Part shown: piece after piece, positions 49,471-59,048 of the stretch
Position numbering within the stretch: position 1 is the first letter of the stretch
Layout: every line of letters begins with the position of its first letter
NCBI GenBank assembly: GCA_964387845.1
Contig: CAYLXA010000006.1
Location: 128,001 to 192,000 of the forward strand
Source: an uncultured bacterium
Lineage (GTDB): Bacteria; Omnitrophota; Omnitrophia; Omnitrophales; Abzuiibacteriaceae
Direction: 5' to 3'
Length of the DNA: 64,000 nucleotides
Made by a program: the position numbers and the translations under genes
Notes under the pieces: model-generated
Told to the model about the DNA's origin: nothing
Databases searched by the model: none
What the model saw: only the letters and a program-made list of their open reading frames with translations

Positions 49471-51546
49471 ATGGCACCCTTTTTTAGATTTGGCAAAGCC
49501 GCTCAGCCCAAGAAAGAATATGACATTACTCTTTTCCCGATTTTCACGGGATTGAGCCAAGCTGAGATTAAGATGGTCGAGGAGAAAATCCGCCTCGTAG
49601 AGCTCAAGAAAGGCGAGTGCGCGTATCAGAAAGGCGAGGCGGCAAGCGCCTTTTACGTGATCTTAACCGGACGTTTTCAAATTCTTCGTGAAAACGGCGA
49701 GGTGATCAATCACTTACACCATGGTGATTATTTCGGCGAAACTTCAATCATCACGGATCATCCGCACAGCGCAACGGTTCAGGCGAAAAATGATTCGATT
49801 GTGCTCAAGATCGAAAAGAATGATTTTTTGTGGCTCTTAAAACGTATTCCGGCACTATCACTTCAAATCAGCCGCACGTTGGGGCACCGGTTAACTTCCA
49901 ATATGGCCGGCGAAGAACTGGAAGGCCAATCCAAAATCCTCTCAATTTATCATGCGCAGCCGCGGATCGGTAATTCAACGTTCGCCGTCCGTTTGGCTGC
50001 ATCGCTTGCATTTGAGATGAAGAAAAAAGTGATCGTGGTTGATTTGAGCCAGATTCATGCCGAAGGGCGGTCGGTTTCTCGAACCCGGCCGCATGCGCGT
50101 TCTTATTCTCTTGCGTCTCATGGTTTGCCAAGCGCGCAGTCGCTCGACCCGTTCATTCTTAAAAAAGACGGGCCTTTTGATTTTTTGAACGTCTCAAACC
50201 ATGTGGAACTCGAAAAGGCCGAACGCCAGTTGGCACATTTATTGTCTTACTTGCTGTCACGCTATCACTACATCCTGATTGATTTACCAGCCGAATCATC
50301 CGGGCTCGGGCCTAAGGCTATTCAACAATCCGACTTGTTATATTTTTTAGTGGATTCGGGCGAAAAGGAAACACAAAAGACTCAAAACATCATTTATCAT
50401 TTCAAAGAGACATTCAGCCTCAACGATAACGACATCCGCTTGGTTCTGGTAGAAAGTAAGGATGCCAAAAGAATTTTTTCTTCCAATGTCGCGACTAAGC
50501 AATTTTATTCATATCCTGTTTTTGCGACACTGCCGCATGTTTCGGGAATGCCGTCGCCGAGCGAGACTAATTTAAAAGAGCCGCTTCCCGGCGATGCGGG
50601 AAAAGCTTATTCAAAGGTTATTCGGTTTTTAGCCCGTGAGGTAACCGGGACTTCGGTGGGGCTTGTGCTTGGAAGCGGCGCTGCGTTTGGTTTTGCACAC
50701 ATCGGTGTTTTGAAAGCGCTGGAGGAAGCAGGCATTGAAATTGATATTTTAGGCGGATGCAGCATGGGCTCGTTGATCGGCGGTATGTGGGCGCTCGGCA
50801 TCACAACGGATGAGCTGGTCAAAATTGCGACTGACCTGAACCCGAAGAATGTTTTTTTTAAATTAATCGGGCTTCAGGACCTATCCATCGCCCACCGCGG
50901 GTTCTTTAAAGGCGACCAGGTGACGGAATTTTTGCGGGAACACATCGGAAATGCGTCTTTTAGGGATGTGAAAGTTCCGATAAAAGTAATGGCAGCGGAC
51001 TTGGCAAACGGTAATCCGGTGGTTTTAGATGAAGGGTCGCTCTTGGCGGCAATTCGCGCCAGTATTTCGATTCCCGGAATTTTCCGTCCGTTTCAGATCG
51101 GGAACCGGTATTTAATGGACGGCGGCGTGGTGGATCCGCTTCCGGTCCAGATGCTCCGGCGGTACGGCGCTAAAAAAGTAATTGCCGTGAATGTGCTGCA
51201 ATCGCCGGATGACCATGCGAACCGGCTTGAAATCCTCCAGAGAAAAGATGAAAAGACAAATGAAATTATTCAAAATAAAAGCATCTTCGTCCGACATTTA
51301 TATGAATACCGAAAAGACTTTATGGATAAACAAACGGCCAATATCTTCAACGTGGTCATGAAGGCCATTCAATTTATGGAGTTTGAAATGGCGGAAAATT
51401 CCGAACTGCACGCCGATGTGGTTCTGCGGCCGATCGTGACGGATGCGCACTGGGCCGAGTTTTATCACGCGGAAAAATTTATCCGCAGGGGCGAAGACGA
51501 AACCTTGAAGGCGATGGATGAAATTAAGCGGATGATGAGCGAGTAA
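49471..51546 (+). CDS. cNMP-binding domain / degenerate MinD-ParA-like domain / patatin-like phospholipase fusion protein
   Basis: N-terminal CAP-family cNMP-binding domain (GDYFGETSII). The middle ~200 aa resembles a deviant P-loop ATPase with a degenerate Walker A (PRIGNSTFAVRLAASLA versus KGGVGKTT...) and a hhhhD Walker B (YILIDLP). C-terminal patatin domain has GSGAAFGFAHIGV (GxGxxG), GCSMGS (GxSxG) and a DGG region. Confidence 0.75.
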   Translation: MAPFFRFGKAAQPKKEYDITLFPIFTGLSQAEIKMVEEKIRLVELKKGECAYQKGEAASAFYVILTGRFQILRENGEVINHLHHGDYFGETSIITDHPHSATVQAKNDSIVLKIEKNDFLWLLKRIPALSLQISRTLGHRLTSNMAGEELEGQSKILSIYHAQPRIGNSTFAVRLAASLAFEMKKKVIVVDLSQIHAEGRSVSRTRPHARSYSLASHGLPSAQSLDPFILKKDGPFDFLNVSNHVELEKAERQLAHLLSYLLSRYHYILIDLPAESSGLGPKAIQQSDLLYFLVDSGEKETQKTQNIIYHFKETFSLNDNDIRLVLVESKDAKRIFSSNVATKQFYSYPVFATLPHVSGMPSPSETNLKEPLPGDAGKAYSKVIRFLAREVTGTSVGLVLGSGAAFGFAHIGVLKALEEAGIEIDILGGCSMGSLIGGMWALGITTDELVKIATDLNPKNVFFKLIGLQDLSIAHRGFFKGDQVTEFLREHIGNASFRDVKVPIKVMAADLANGNPVVLDEGSLLAAIRASISIPGIFRPFQIGNRYLMDGGVVDPLPVQMLRRYGAKKVIAVNVLQSPDDHANRLEILQRKDEKTNEIIQNKSIFVRHLYEYRKDFMDKQTANIFNVVMKAIQFMEFEMAENSELHADVVLRPIVTDAHWAEFYHAEKFIRRGEDETLKAMDEIKRMMSE

Positions 51547-51561
51547 GCCGGCGCTCGGTGT

Positions 51562-51591
51562 TTGACGGCTTATAACCCGCTATGCTAAACT
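51562..51591 (+). promoter_or_regulatory. putative promoter of the beta-oxidation operon
   Basis: TTGACG, an 18-nt spacer, then TAAACT. A nearby TTAAC-N6-TTAAC direct repeat (51595-51610) is a candidate operator. Confidence 0.3.
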
Positions 51592-51634
51592 CTCGTTAAC
51601 TTGACATTAACCGCACGAAACGAAAGCAGGCTTT

Positions 51635-52825
51635 ATGAAATCAGTAGTGATCGTTGACGGTGTCAGGACACCCCAAGGCATTCTTGGCGGGTCGCTTAAA
51701 AGTTTTACCAATCAAAAACTTGGTCAAGTGGTCGTCAAGGCGCTGCTCGAGCGTAACAAGCTTGATCCCAAACTGGTCCAGGAAGTTATTTTCGGCTGTG
51801 TCGGCCAGGCGAGCGATGCGGCGAACGTGTCGCGGGTTATCAGCTTGATGTCCGGAATTCCCCATACCGTTCCGGCTTTTACCGTGGCGCGTAATTGCGC
51901 CTCAGGCCTTCAGGCGGTTGTTTCGGCTTATCAGATGATTGTCTGCAATGAAGCCGATATCATTATCGCAGGGGGTGCGGAATCCATGTCGTGCGCGCCT
52001 TACGTGAACCGCGATCTCCGATTCGGTAAAAAATTACGCCACTCAACGATGATTGATTCGCTCTGGGAAGGTTTGACGGACCCGGTCTGCAAACAAATTA
52101 TGGGCGAAACCGCCGAAAATCTTGTCGAGGAATTTAAAATTACCCGGCAGGAACAGGACCAGTTCGCGGTTCAATCACACCAAAAAGCTTTCCGGGCAAA
52201 CCGCGAAGGAAAATTCAAAGACGAAATTGTCAAAGTCAGCGTCCCCAAGTTTGCGGCGGGCAAAGAAATGCCGCCCGAGATTTTTTCGGAAGATGAGGGG
52301 ATTAATGTCGGGCTCACCGAACAAATTTTGTCACAATATCCCACGGTTTTCAAAGAAGGCGGCAGCGTAACGCCGGGCAATTCGTGCCCGATTTCAGACG
52401 GAGCGGCAGCGCTTTTGATCATGAGTGAAGACAAAGCAAAAGAAATGAATCTCAAGCCCCTGGGCTACATAAAGTCTTACGCGTTTGCGGGCGTCGAGCC
52501 TCAGCGGATGGGCATCGGCCCTTCGTGTGCGGCACCGATTGCGCTTAAGCGTGCTAACTTAACACTCAAAGACATTCAATTAATGGAACTGAACGAAGCG
52601 TTCGCGGCTCAATTCATCGCTTGTGAGCGGCTGATGAAATTTGACCGCAACATCGTAAACGTCAACGGCGGTGCCATTGCGCTCGGCCATCCGGTTGGCG
52701 CCACAGGTGCGCGTCTTTTGGTAACGCTTCTCAATGAAATGAAACGCAAAAATTCAACCCTCGGGCTTGCAATGATGTGCGTGGGCGGCGGCCAGGGCGG
52801 TGCGATGATCGTGGAGAGAAAATAA
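51635..52825 (+). CDS. fadA: acetyl-CoA C-acyltransferase (thiolase)
   Basis: Thiolase active-site regions (NCASGLQAV, NVNGGAIALGHPVGATGARL, MCVGGGQG). Confidence 0.9.
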   Translation: MKSVVIVDGVRTPQGILGGSLKSFTNQKLGQVVVKALLERNKLDPKLVQEVIFGCVGQASDAANVSRVISLMSGIPHTVPAFTVARNCASGLQAVVSAYQMIVCNEADIIIAGGAESMSCAPYVNRDLRFGKKLRHSTMIDSLWEGLTDPVCKQIMGETAENLVEEFKITRQEQDQFAVQSHQKAFRANREGKFKDEIVKVSVPKFAAGKEMPPEIFSEDEGINVGLTEQILSQYPTVFKEGGSVTPGNSCPISDGAAALLIMSEDKAKEMNLKPLGYIKSYAFAGVEPQRMGIGPSCAAPIALKRANLTLKDIQLMELNEAFAAQFIACERLMKFDRNIVNVNGGAIALGHPVGATGARLLVTLLNEMKRKNSTLGLAMMCVGGGQGGAMIVERK

Positions 52826-52826
52826 T

Positions 52827-54044
52827 ATGTATATCTACAAAGCAGGCGTTGTCGGTGCGGGAACGATGGGCGCAGGGATTGCTCAGGTCATTACGTATTC
52901 GGGCTTGCCGGTCGTGCTAAAAGACGTTAACCAGCAGCTGGTCGATCAAGGCATCAAAAAAATTAAGGCAGTCTATGAAGCCAGGGTTTCAAAAGGAAAG
53001 ATGTCATCGGATGAGATGGCCAAAAAAATGAGCCTTGTGACCGGTGCTGTTGATTGGGAATCATTCAAAGATGTCGACATCGTGATTGAAGCAGCGCCCG
53101 AAAAAATGGAGCTCAAGAAAAAAATATTCCAAGAGTTGGATTCAATACTGCCGCAAACGGCGATTTTGGCGACCAATACCTCAGCGCTTTCGATTTCGGA
53201 ACTTGGCGCAGCGACCAAGCGGCCCGGGAAAGTCATTGGTTTTCACTTTTTTTATCCGGCTCATGTCATGAAATTGATCGAAGTAATACCTGGTTTAGCA
53301 ACAAGCGAGGAAACCATTAACGATTCAATCAGCTTTTCGGAATCAATCCGTAAGATTCCCGTGAAAGTCAATGAATGCGCAGGGTTTTTGGTGAACCGCG
53401 TGTTAATGCCTTATTTAAATGAAGCCGCGTTTTGCCTTCAGGAGGGCGCTGCCACGATTCAAGAAATCGACCAGGCGATCGTAAAATTCGGGCTTCCGAT
53501 GGGTCCGTTTACACTCGTGGACAATCTCGGGATGGATGTGTGTTTTGATGTTGTCCAGGTCCTAATGGGTTCCTACGGCAGCCGGATGAAGCCTGCCGAA
53601 ATTTGGGACTCGTTTCATCAAGCGAAAATGTTCGGGCGTAAGACCGGTGCGGGTTTTTACAGCTACGGAGAAAAGTCCGACGCCGATATCGATAAAATCG
53701 TGAAAGATGCTCAAGCTAAGTCGCCGAAAAAGAAAACCAAATTTTCCGTGGAGCGTTTGATTTATCCGATGATCAACGAGTCGGTGCTTTGCTTGGAAGA
53801 AAATGTTTCGAAAGCGGCGGATATCGATATGGCGATGGTTGCCGGAATCGGGTTCCCGCAGGATAAAGCCGGCATCCTGCATTATGCCGACGAAGTCGGG
53901 TTGGATAACGTGCTTAAAACGCTGGAAGAACTGACCAAAGAGCACGGCGAGCGTTTTTGGCCCGCGCCGCGTCTGCGCCGGATGGTCGCCGCGAATTTTC
54001 TCGGCAAAAAAACAGGGCGCGGATTTTTCGAATACTCATCCTAA
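52827..54044 (+). CDS. 3-hydroxyacyl-CoA dehydrogenase, NAD-binding
   Basis: Rossmann motif GVVGAGTMGAGIA, and the 3HCDH C-terminal domain. Start overlaps the thiolase stop. Confidence 0.85.
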   Translation: MYIYKAGVVGAGTMGAGIAQVITYSGLPVVLKDVNQQLVDQGIKKIKAVYEARVSKGKMSSDEMAKKMSLVTGAVDWESFKDVDIVIEAAPEKMELKKKIFQELDSILPQTAILATNTSALSISELGAATKRPGKVIGFHFFYPAHVMKLIEVIPGLATSEETINDSISFSESIRKIPVKVNECAGFLVNRVLMPYLNEAAFCLQEGAATIQEIDQAIVKFGLPMGPFTLVDNLGMDVCFDVVQVLMGSYGSRMKPAEIWDSFHQAKMFGRKTGAGFYSYGEKSDADIDKIVKDAQAKSPKKKTKFSVERLIYPMINESVLCLEENVSKAADIDMAMVAGIGFPQDKAGILHYADEVGLDNVLKTLEELTKEHGERFWPAPRLRRMVAANFLGKKTGRGFFEYSS

Positions 54045-54060
54045 CGCGAAAGGAATACGC

Positions 54061-54846
54061 ATGGCTGACAACCAATTTGTAAAGACCAAAATGGACGAAG
54101 GTGTCCTGATCCTCACAATCGATAATCCGCCTGTCAATGTTTTAAACAAACAAACGCTTGCCGAGCTGGACAAGACAATCGCAGACGCGCAAAGCGATTC
54201 AAAAGTGAAGGTGATTGTCATCACCGGTGCAGGCTCCATGGCATTTATTGCCGGCGCGGACATCAAAATCATTGCCAGCGTCCAATCTAAGCAGGAAGCC
54301 GTGTCGCTCGCACTTCAAGGCCAGGCGGTTTTGGATAAAATCGAAGCTTCAAAAAAACCTGTGATTGCGGCAATCAACGCTGTTTGTTTGGGCGGCGGCA
54401 ACGAATTGGCAATGGCTTGCCATATTCGCATTGCATCGGACCGCGCGAAATTCGGACAGCCGGAGGTAAGCCTTGGTATTGTGCCGGGGTTCGGCGGGTC
54501 GCAGCGCCTTGCGCGTTATTCCGGCGTTTCGAAAGCGCTGGAGCTTTGCTTGACGGGTGATTTGATTACTGCACAAGAAGCGCTCCGGATTAATTTGATC
54601 AACCGTGTTGTTCCGGATGGCGAAGTTCTCAAGCAAGCGGTCGGTATGGCGAAACGGATTGCATCAAAAGGGCAAGTGGCTGTCCGATTAATTACGGAAG
54701 CTGTGGTAGAGGGTATTAAAAAACCGCTCTCCGAAGGGCTTAAATTGGAGGCAGAGCAGTTTGGTAAAGTCAGTGAAACGAGTGATATGAAAGAGGGTGT
54801 CCGTGCTTTCTTGGAAAAAAGACAGCCTAAATTTGAAGATAAGTAA
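54061..54846 (+). CDS. enoyl-CoA hydratase (crotonase family)
   Basis: Crotonase oxyanion region AAINAVCLGGGNELAMACH and the catalytic Glu region (FGQPEVSLGI). Confidence 0.85.
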   Translation: MADNQFVKTKMDEGVLILTIDNPPVNVLNKQTLAELDKTIADAQSDSKVKVIVITGAGSMAFIAGADIKIIASVQSKQEAVSLALQGQAVLDKIEASKKPVIAAINAVCLGGGNELAMACHIRIASDRAKFGQPEVSLGIVPGFGGSQRLARYSGVSKALELCLTGDLITAQEALRINLINRVVPDGEVLKQAVGMAKRIASKGQVAVRLITEAVVEGIKKPLSEGLKLEAEQFGKVSETSDMKEGVRAFLEKRQPKFEDK

Positions 54847-54891
54847 CCCTTGAAACTGCCCGATATCAGTGATACTTTTTAAACTCAACCT

Positions 54892-55425
54892 ATGAAGTTA
54901 TTCCGCATAAAATCTATCGGTTTATCAGTCCTTGTTTTAGCTGTTTTGGCGAGCTACGGCTTCACTTTTGATTTTCAACAATGGGGCAAGAATCAGCAGG
55001 AGAATACCGCTCAAAACGGTGAACCAGCGGGTTCCGGACAAAAAGTAGTTGCGGCTAATGTTAAAAGGCCCGTAACGCCTTCGTTGGCGCAGCCGGTGGC
55101 GGATACCGAAATTGTCGAAATCCAAAATCAGATTCAACAAATTACCGAACATACCAAAGTCGTTGAGCAGCAAAGCGCTGCAGACCGTGCCGCACTTCAA
55201 AAAGTTTTGCAGCAAGTTCAAATCCAGAAAAAGCTTGTTGATACATTGAAGGTGCCGAAACAACCGGTTCCGGGCGATGCGTTGAATACCGACGAAATTA
55301 TCCGGCAGGCAAAATTGCGTCTTATTGCCGAAGATGTCCGCCGGACGCAGGAAGTGCTGCGGACGTCTAAAGTTGTTACTCCCGTTCCAAAACCTGTCCA
55401 AACAGTTAAAACCAGTGATCGGTAA
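54892..55425 (+). CDS. hypothetical secreted Gln-rich protein
   Basis: Signal peptide (LSVLVLAVLASYG) followed by a low-complexity Q/V/K-rich sequence. Embedded between the hydratase and the acyl-CoA ligase. No family recognised. Confidence 0.4.
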   Translation: MKLFRIKSIGLSVLVLAVLASYGFTFDFQQWGKNQQENTAQNGEPAGSGQKVVAANVKRPVTPSLAQPVADTEIVEIQNQIQQITEHTKVVEQQSAADRAALQKVLQQVQIQKKLVDTLKVPKQPVPGDALNTDEIIRQAKLRLIAEDVRRTQEVLRTSKVVTPVPKPVQTVKTSDR

Positions 55426-55446
55426 AATTTTCTAGAGCAATCGAGC

Positions 55447-57291
55447 ATGTCGAACGATTTGCCTTATCAAAATTTACCCGAAATGTTTTTTGATCAGGCC
55501 GATCGCCTTCAAAACAAAACCGCTCTTCTTTCAAAAAAAGAAGGCCTCTACACGCCTATTTCGTGGCTTCAATTTAAAACGCAAGTACTCAAAGCGGTGC
55601 GCAGCTTCCAAAAGCTCGGTATCGGGTCGGGTGATTGTGTGGCGCTTCTGTCAGAAAACCGGCCTGAGTGGGCAATTACGGATCTCGCCGTACAGTCATT
55701 TGGTGCTTGCCTGGTTCCGGTGTATGCGACGAGTTCCATTAAAGAAGTCGGTTACGTCGTGCGGCATTCTGAAGCGAAAGTGATCGTGGTATCGACGGCG
55801 GAACAATTCTGTAAAGTTCAAAGTTTTCTGATCGAATCGTCATCAGTACGCCATATCATCGTCATGGATGGACCAGCCGCATCAGATCCACGCGTACTGA
55901 ATTGGGAGAGCTTTTTGGGAAGCAGTCAGGTGAGTGATTCTGAAGAAAAAGCCATTCGCCAAAACGTTGAAAAAATTCAGCCTGATCATTTGGCAACCGT
56001 CATTTACACATCCGGCACCACGGGGCCACCGAAAGGCGTCATGCTCAGCCACCGGAATTTTTTGATCAACTGTTGGGATGCAAAGCATGCAATTGATCTG
56101 CGTCCGGATGACGTCTCGCTTTCGTTTTTACCGCTCAGCCATGTATTCGAACGCACCGCAGGGTATTATTTTCCGATTATGGTCGGTTCTACTATCGCTT
56201 ACGCCGAAAGTATGAATACGGTTCCTGAAAACTTGCTCGAAGTAAAACCGACAGTTGCCAGCAGCGTGCCGCGCCTTTATGAAAAAATTCACGAAAAGAT
56301 AATGGATAAAATCCGGAACGCGCCGCCGCTTCGAAAAAAACTGGCCAACTGGGCAATCAAAGTCGGTTACCGGACCGCGCCATACCGGCTTGTGCATAAA
56401 AGTTTACCGGCACTGCTTGCGATTCAATATAAAATTGCCAAACTTCTTATCTTTAATAAATTACAAAAACAACTGGGCGGCCGGATGCGGTTTTTTATTT
56501 CAGGCGGCGCACCTCTTTCAAAACAAATTGCGGAGTTCTTTTATGCAGCCGGTGTTGTGATTTTGGAGGGATATGGCCTCACCGAAACATCGCCTGTGAT
56601 TGCTGTCAATCGGCTTGACCGTCTGAAATTCGGAACGGTCGGAATCCCGTTTGATCATGTTGAGGTCAGGATCGCAGATGATGGTGAAATCGCGGCACGC
56701 GGCCCTTCGATTATGAAGGGTTATTACAAAGATGATACCGCAACAAACGAAGTAATTCGGGACGGCTGGTTTTATACGGGCGATATCGGCCAAATTGATT
56801 CTGAAGGTTTTCTATCGATTACCGACCGGAAAAAAGATCTCATCGTTACATCCGGCGGCAAGAATATTGCTCCGCAAAATATTGAAAATTCACTGACGCG
56901 CCATCCGCTGATTCAGCAGGCAGTGATATTGGGAGACCGTTATAATTTTCTAACTGCCCTCATCGTGCCCAAGTTTGAAAATCTCGCAAAGCAACTCGGA
57001 AAGGATGAGGTGTCGAAGAGAGCATTGATTGCTGTGCCGGAGGCATATAGACTCATCGCAGAAGCAATCCGGGAGCAGACGCTTGAATTACCGAATTATG
57101 AAAAGGTGAAAACTTTTAGGATGTTGGACGAGGAATTTTCGCAGGAGAAAGGCGAGCTTACGCCGACACTGAAAGTGAAAAGGAAGATCGTGGCGGACCG
57201 GTACCGGCAGCTGATCGAAGAAATGTGTGCTGAAGTCGAAGAAAGAAAAAAACACGACCCTTCGTTATCAAAGGAAGTGATGGGCGGTTAA
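55447..57291 (+). CDS. fadD: long-chain-fatty-acid--CoA ligase (AMP-binding enzyme)
   Basis: AMP-binding motif YTSGTTGPPKG, and the downstream GYGLTETS and TGDIG motifs. Confidence 0.85.
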   Translation: MSNDLPYQNLPEMFFDQADRLQNKTALLSKKEGLYTPISWLQFKTQVLKAVRSFQKLGIGSGDCVALLSENRPEWAITDLAVQSFGACLVPVYATSSIKEVGYVVRHSEAKVIVVSTAEQFCKVQSFLIESSSVRHIIVMDGPAASDPRVLNWESFLGSSQVSDSEEKAIRQNVEKIQPDHLATVIYTSGTTGPPKGVMLSHRNFLINCWDAKHAIDLRPDDVSLSFLPLSHVFERTAGYYFPIMVGSTIAYAESMNTVPENLLEVKPTVASSVPRLYEKIHEKIMDKIRNAPPLRKKLANWAIKVGYRTAPYRLVHKSLPALLAIQYKIAKLLIFNKLQKQLGGRMRFFISGGAPLSKQIAEFFYAAGVVILEGYGLTETSPVIAVNRLDRLKFGTVGIPFDHVEVRIADDGEIAARGPSIMKGYYKDDTATNEVIRDGWFYTGDIGQIDSEGFLSITDRKKDLIVTSGGKNIAPQNIENSLTRHPLIQQAVILGDRYNFLTALIVPKFENLAKQLGKDEVSKRALIAVPEAYRLIAEAIREQTLELPNYEKVKTFRMLDEEFSQEKGELTPTLKVKRKIVADRYRQLIEEMCAEVEERKKHDPSLSKEVMGG

Positions 57292-58142
57292 TGAGGCAGG
57301 AAACCGGTTTTTTCGATTCGTTCGACCAAACCAAACTGTTTTACCGTTGCTGGATTTCGGAAAAACCAAATCCAAAACCATGCCTAATTCTTCATGGGTA
57401 CGGCGAACATTCCCGGCGCTATGACGAGCTCGTGAGCTTTTTGCAGGATGTCCCGTATTCATTTTTTTCATTTGATTTACGCGGGCAAGGGCGTTCAGGC
57501 GGTGTTCGGGTTCATGCCGATCAATTTGAAGATTTTGTAAAGGATGCCGAAACATATCTCAATTTTCTGCAGCGAGATAAGATCTCTGTAAATCAGAAAG
57601 CGGCATTGCTCGGCCACAGTTTGGGCGGTTTGATCGCAATCCGGCTTGCATTGCAAATTCCGAGCCGGTTTGACAAGGCAATTTTATCATCACCGTTTTT
57701 GGGTGCGCACGGCCTGGCAGCGCTCGACTTGACGTTCTGGCTTGCGGCGTTTCTCAATCAAGCAATGCCGAAATTGCAGCTTCCGGGGCCCGCAAGACCG
57801 CGGTATCTTTTTCATGACGCCGAGAAAATGAAGCAATATCTAGCCGATACGCTGATCGAGCGCAGAATCACGGCTCGCCTCGGCTATGAATTGTTGCGCG
57901 AGTCCCGTGCGGCAGGTGAGCGGGCGGTGCATTTGCAAATGCCGCTTCTTGTTTTGGCAAGCGGGGATGACCGGATTGTATCGCTTGAGAAAACCAAAAG
58001 CTGGTTTGAGCAAGTTTCGGCGCCCGAGAAAGAGATGAAAGTCTATCCGGATTTTTATCACGAAATTTTTCATGAAACCGGCAGGAAAGAGCCGATGACG
58101 AAAGTGAAAGAATTTCTCGAAAAAAATAATGGAGGTATGTGA
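57291..58142 (+). CDS. alpha/beta hydrolase (lysophospholipase/monoacylglycerol lipase-like)
   Basis: HGYGEH oxyanion region, nucleophile elbow GHSLGG, and a C-terminal His (DFYHEIFHE). Start overlaps the ligase stop. Confidence 0.75.
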   Translation: MRQETGFFDSFDQTKLFYRCWISEKPNPKPCLILHGYGEHSRRYDELVSFLQDVPYSFFSFDLRGQGRSGGVRVHADQFEDFVKDAETYLNFLQRDKISVNQKAALLGHSLGGLIAIRLALQIPSRFDKAILSSPFLGAHGLAALDLTFWLAAFLNQAMPKLQLPGPARPRYLFHDAEKMKQYLADTLIERRITARLGYELLRESRAAGERAVHLQMPLLVLASGDDRIVSLEKTKSWFEQVSAPEKEMKVYPDFYHEIFHETGRKEPMTKVKEFLEKNNGGM

Positions 58143-58282
58143 TGAAACCAATATTGAAGTTAGCAGTAGTAGTTTTGCTTTTGGGTATGTTGGCTGGATG
58201 CGGCGAAACATTCCGCGGTATCGGAAAAGACACATCCAGGATTTGGTACGGCACCAAAACAATTTTTGTTAGTCAAGAATAA
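58142..58282 (+). CDS. entericidin-like micro-lipoprotein (not in the supplied ORF track)
   Basis: 46-aa ORF (MKPILKLAVVVLLLGMLAGCGETFRGIGKDTSRIWYGTKTIFVSQE). It has a signal peptide and lipobox LAGC followed by the entericidin EcnA/B-like C..T.RG.G.D core. Its ATG overlaps the upstream TGA. Confidence 0.5.
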   Translation: MKPILKLAVVVLLLGMLAGCGETFRGIGKDTSRIWYGTKTIFVSQE

Positions 58283-58949
58283 CGAGGCCCCATTGTTACA
58301 CCGATTAATTTCATGCGTGGTAATCATATCGGTCTTGATTTCAGGCTGCGTGCAATACAAGCGCCCGCCGATGATGATCAAAGTGCCGAGCTACTACGAC
58401 AATCAAATCTCGCTCAAAGATTTGACGCTGGTTGCTGATCCTTACATTGAACGCGCGAAGATCGAGCATTTATTTAACACCAATTTGCTTGAAAAAGGTT
58501 TTCTTGCGATCCAGCTGATTGCTTTCAATGACGGAGACGGCGTTTTTGACATGTCGCGTTCTGCAGTCGTTTTAGTGCGTGACGATGGGATTGTTTTCCC
58601 GCCGGTTCCGCCCAAACAGGTAAGCAAGAAGGTCTTGCGTCGCACATCGCTCCGGATGTTGGGGTGGGGATTCGCCGGACTTATCGTTTTGAGCATTCCG
58701 CTGTCGCTGGCTGCGGGCGTTGATTCTCGGCGCGCCAATCAGGGAATCCGTCGCACCCTTAAAGAGAATGTGCTGAGCTCTCACGAAATCGGCGCCCGTG
58801 AAGTTGTAAGTGGTTTTTACTTTTTCAAGATTGGAAAGTCGCATGGCCATAGCCAGGGCTCGCTTGCGCATCAGTACCGGTTCAAAATTGATCGATTGTT
58901 AGAGGTTGACTCCGGAGTAGAATACGAGTTTAATATCGGGATAAATTAA
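58266..58949 (+). CDS. hypothetical lipoprotein
   Basis: The N-terminus contains a lipobox-like LISGC after a hydrophobic stretch. No other recognisable motif. Start uncertain; the ATG overlaps the micro-lipoprotein ORF by 17 nt. Confidence 0.4.
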   Translation: MLVKNNEAPLLHRLISCVVIISVLISGCVQYKRPPMMIKVPSYYDNQISLKDLTLVADPYIERAKIEHLFNTNLLEKGFLAIQLIAFNDGDGVFDMSRSAVVLVRDDGIVFPPVPPKQVSKKVLRRTSLRMLGWGFAGLIVLSIPLSLAAGVDSRRANQGIRRTLKENVLSSHEIGAREVVSGFYFFKIGKSHGHSQGSLAHQYRFKIDRLLEVDSGVEYEFNIGIN

Positions 58950-58967
58950 GTTTTATTTTGCGAATAG

Positions 58968-59040
58968 GGGCCAGTAGCTCAGCTGGGAGAGCGCTACATT
59001 CGCATTGTAGAGGTCACGAGTTCAATCCTCGTCTGGTCCA
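58968..59040 (+). tRNA. tRNA-Ala (anticodon CGC)
   Basis: Hand-folded cloverleaf with acceptor GGGCCAG/CTGGTCC carrying the G3:U70 Ala identity pair, D-arm GCTC-AGCTGGGA-GAGC, anticodon stem CTACA/TGTAG with loop TTCGCAT, T-arm ACGAG-TTCAATC-CTCGT and discriminator A73. CCA is not encoded. Confidence 0.8.
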
Positions 59041-59048
59041 AATTTCTG

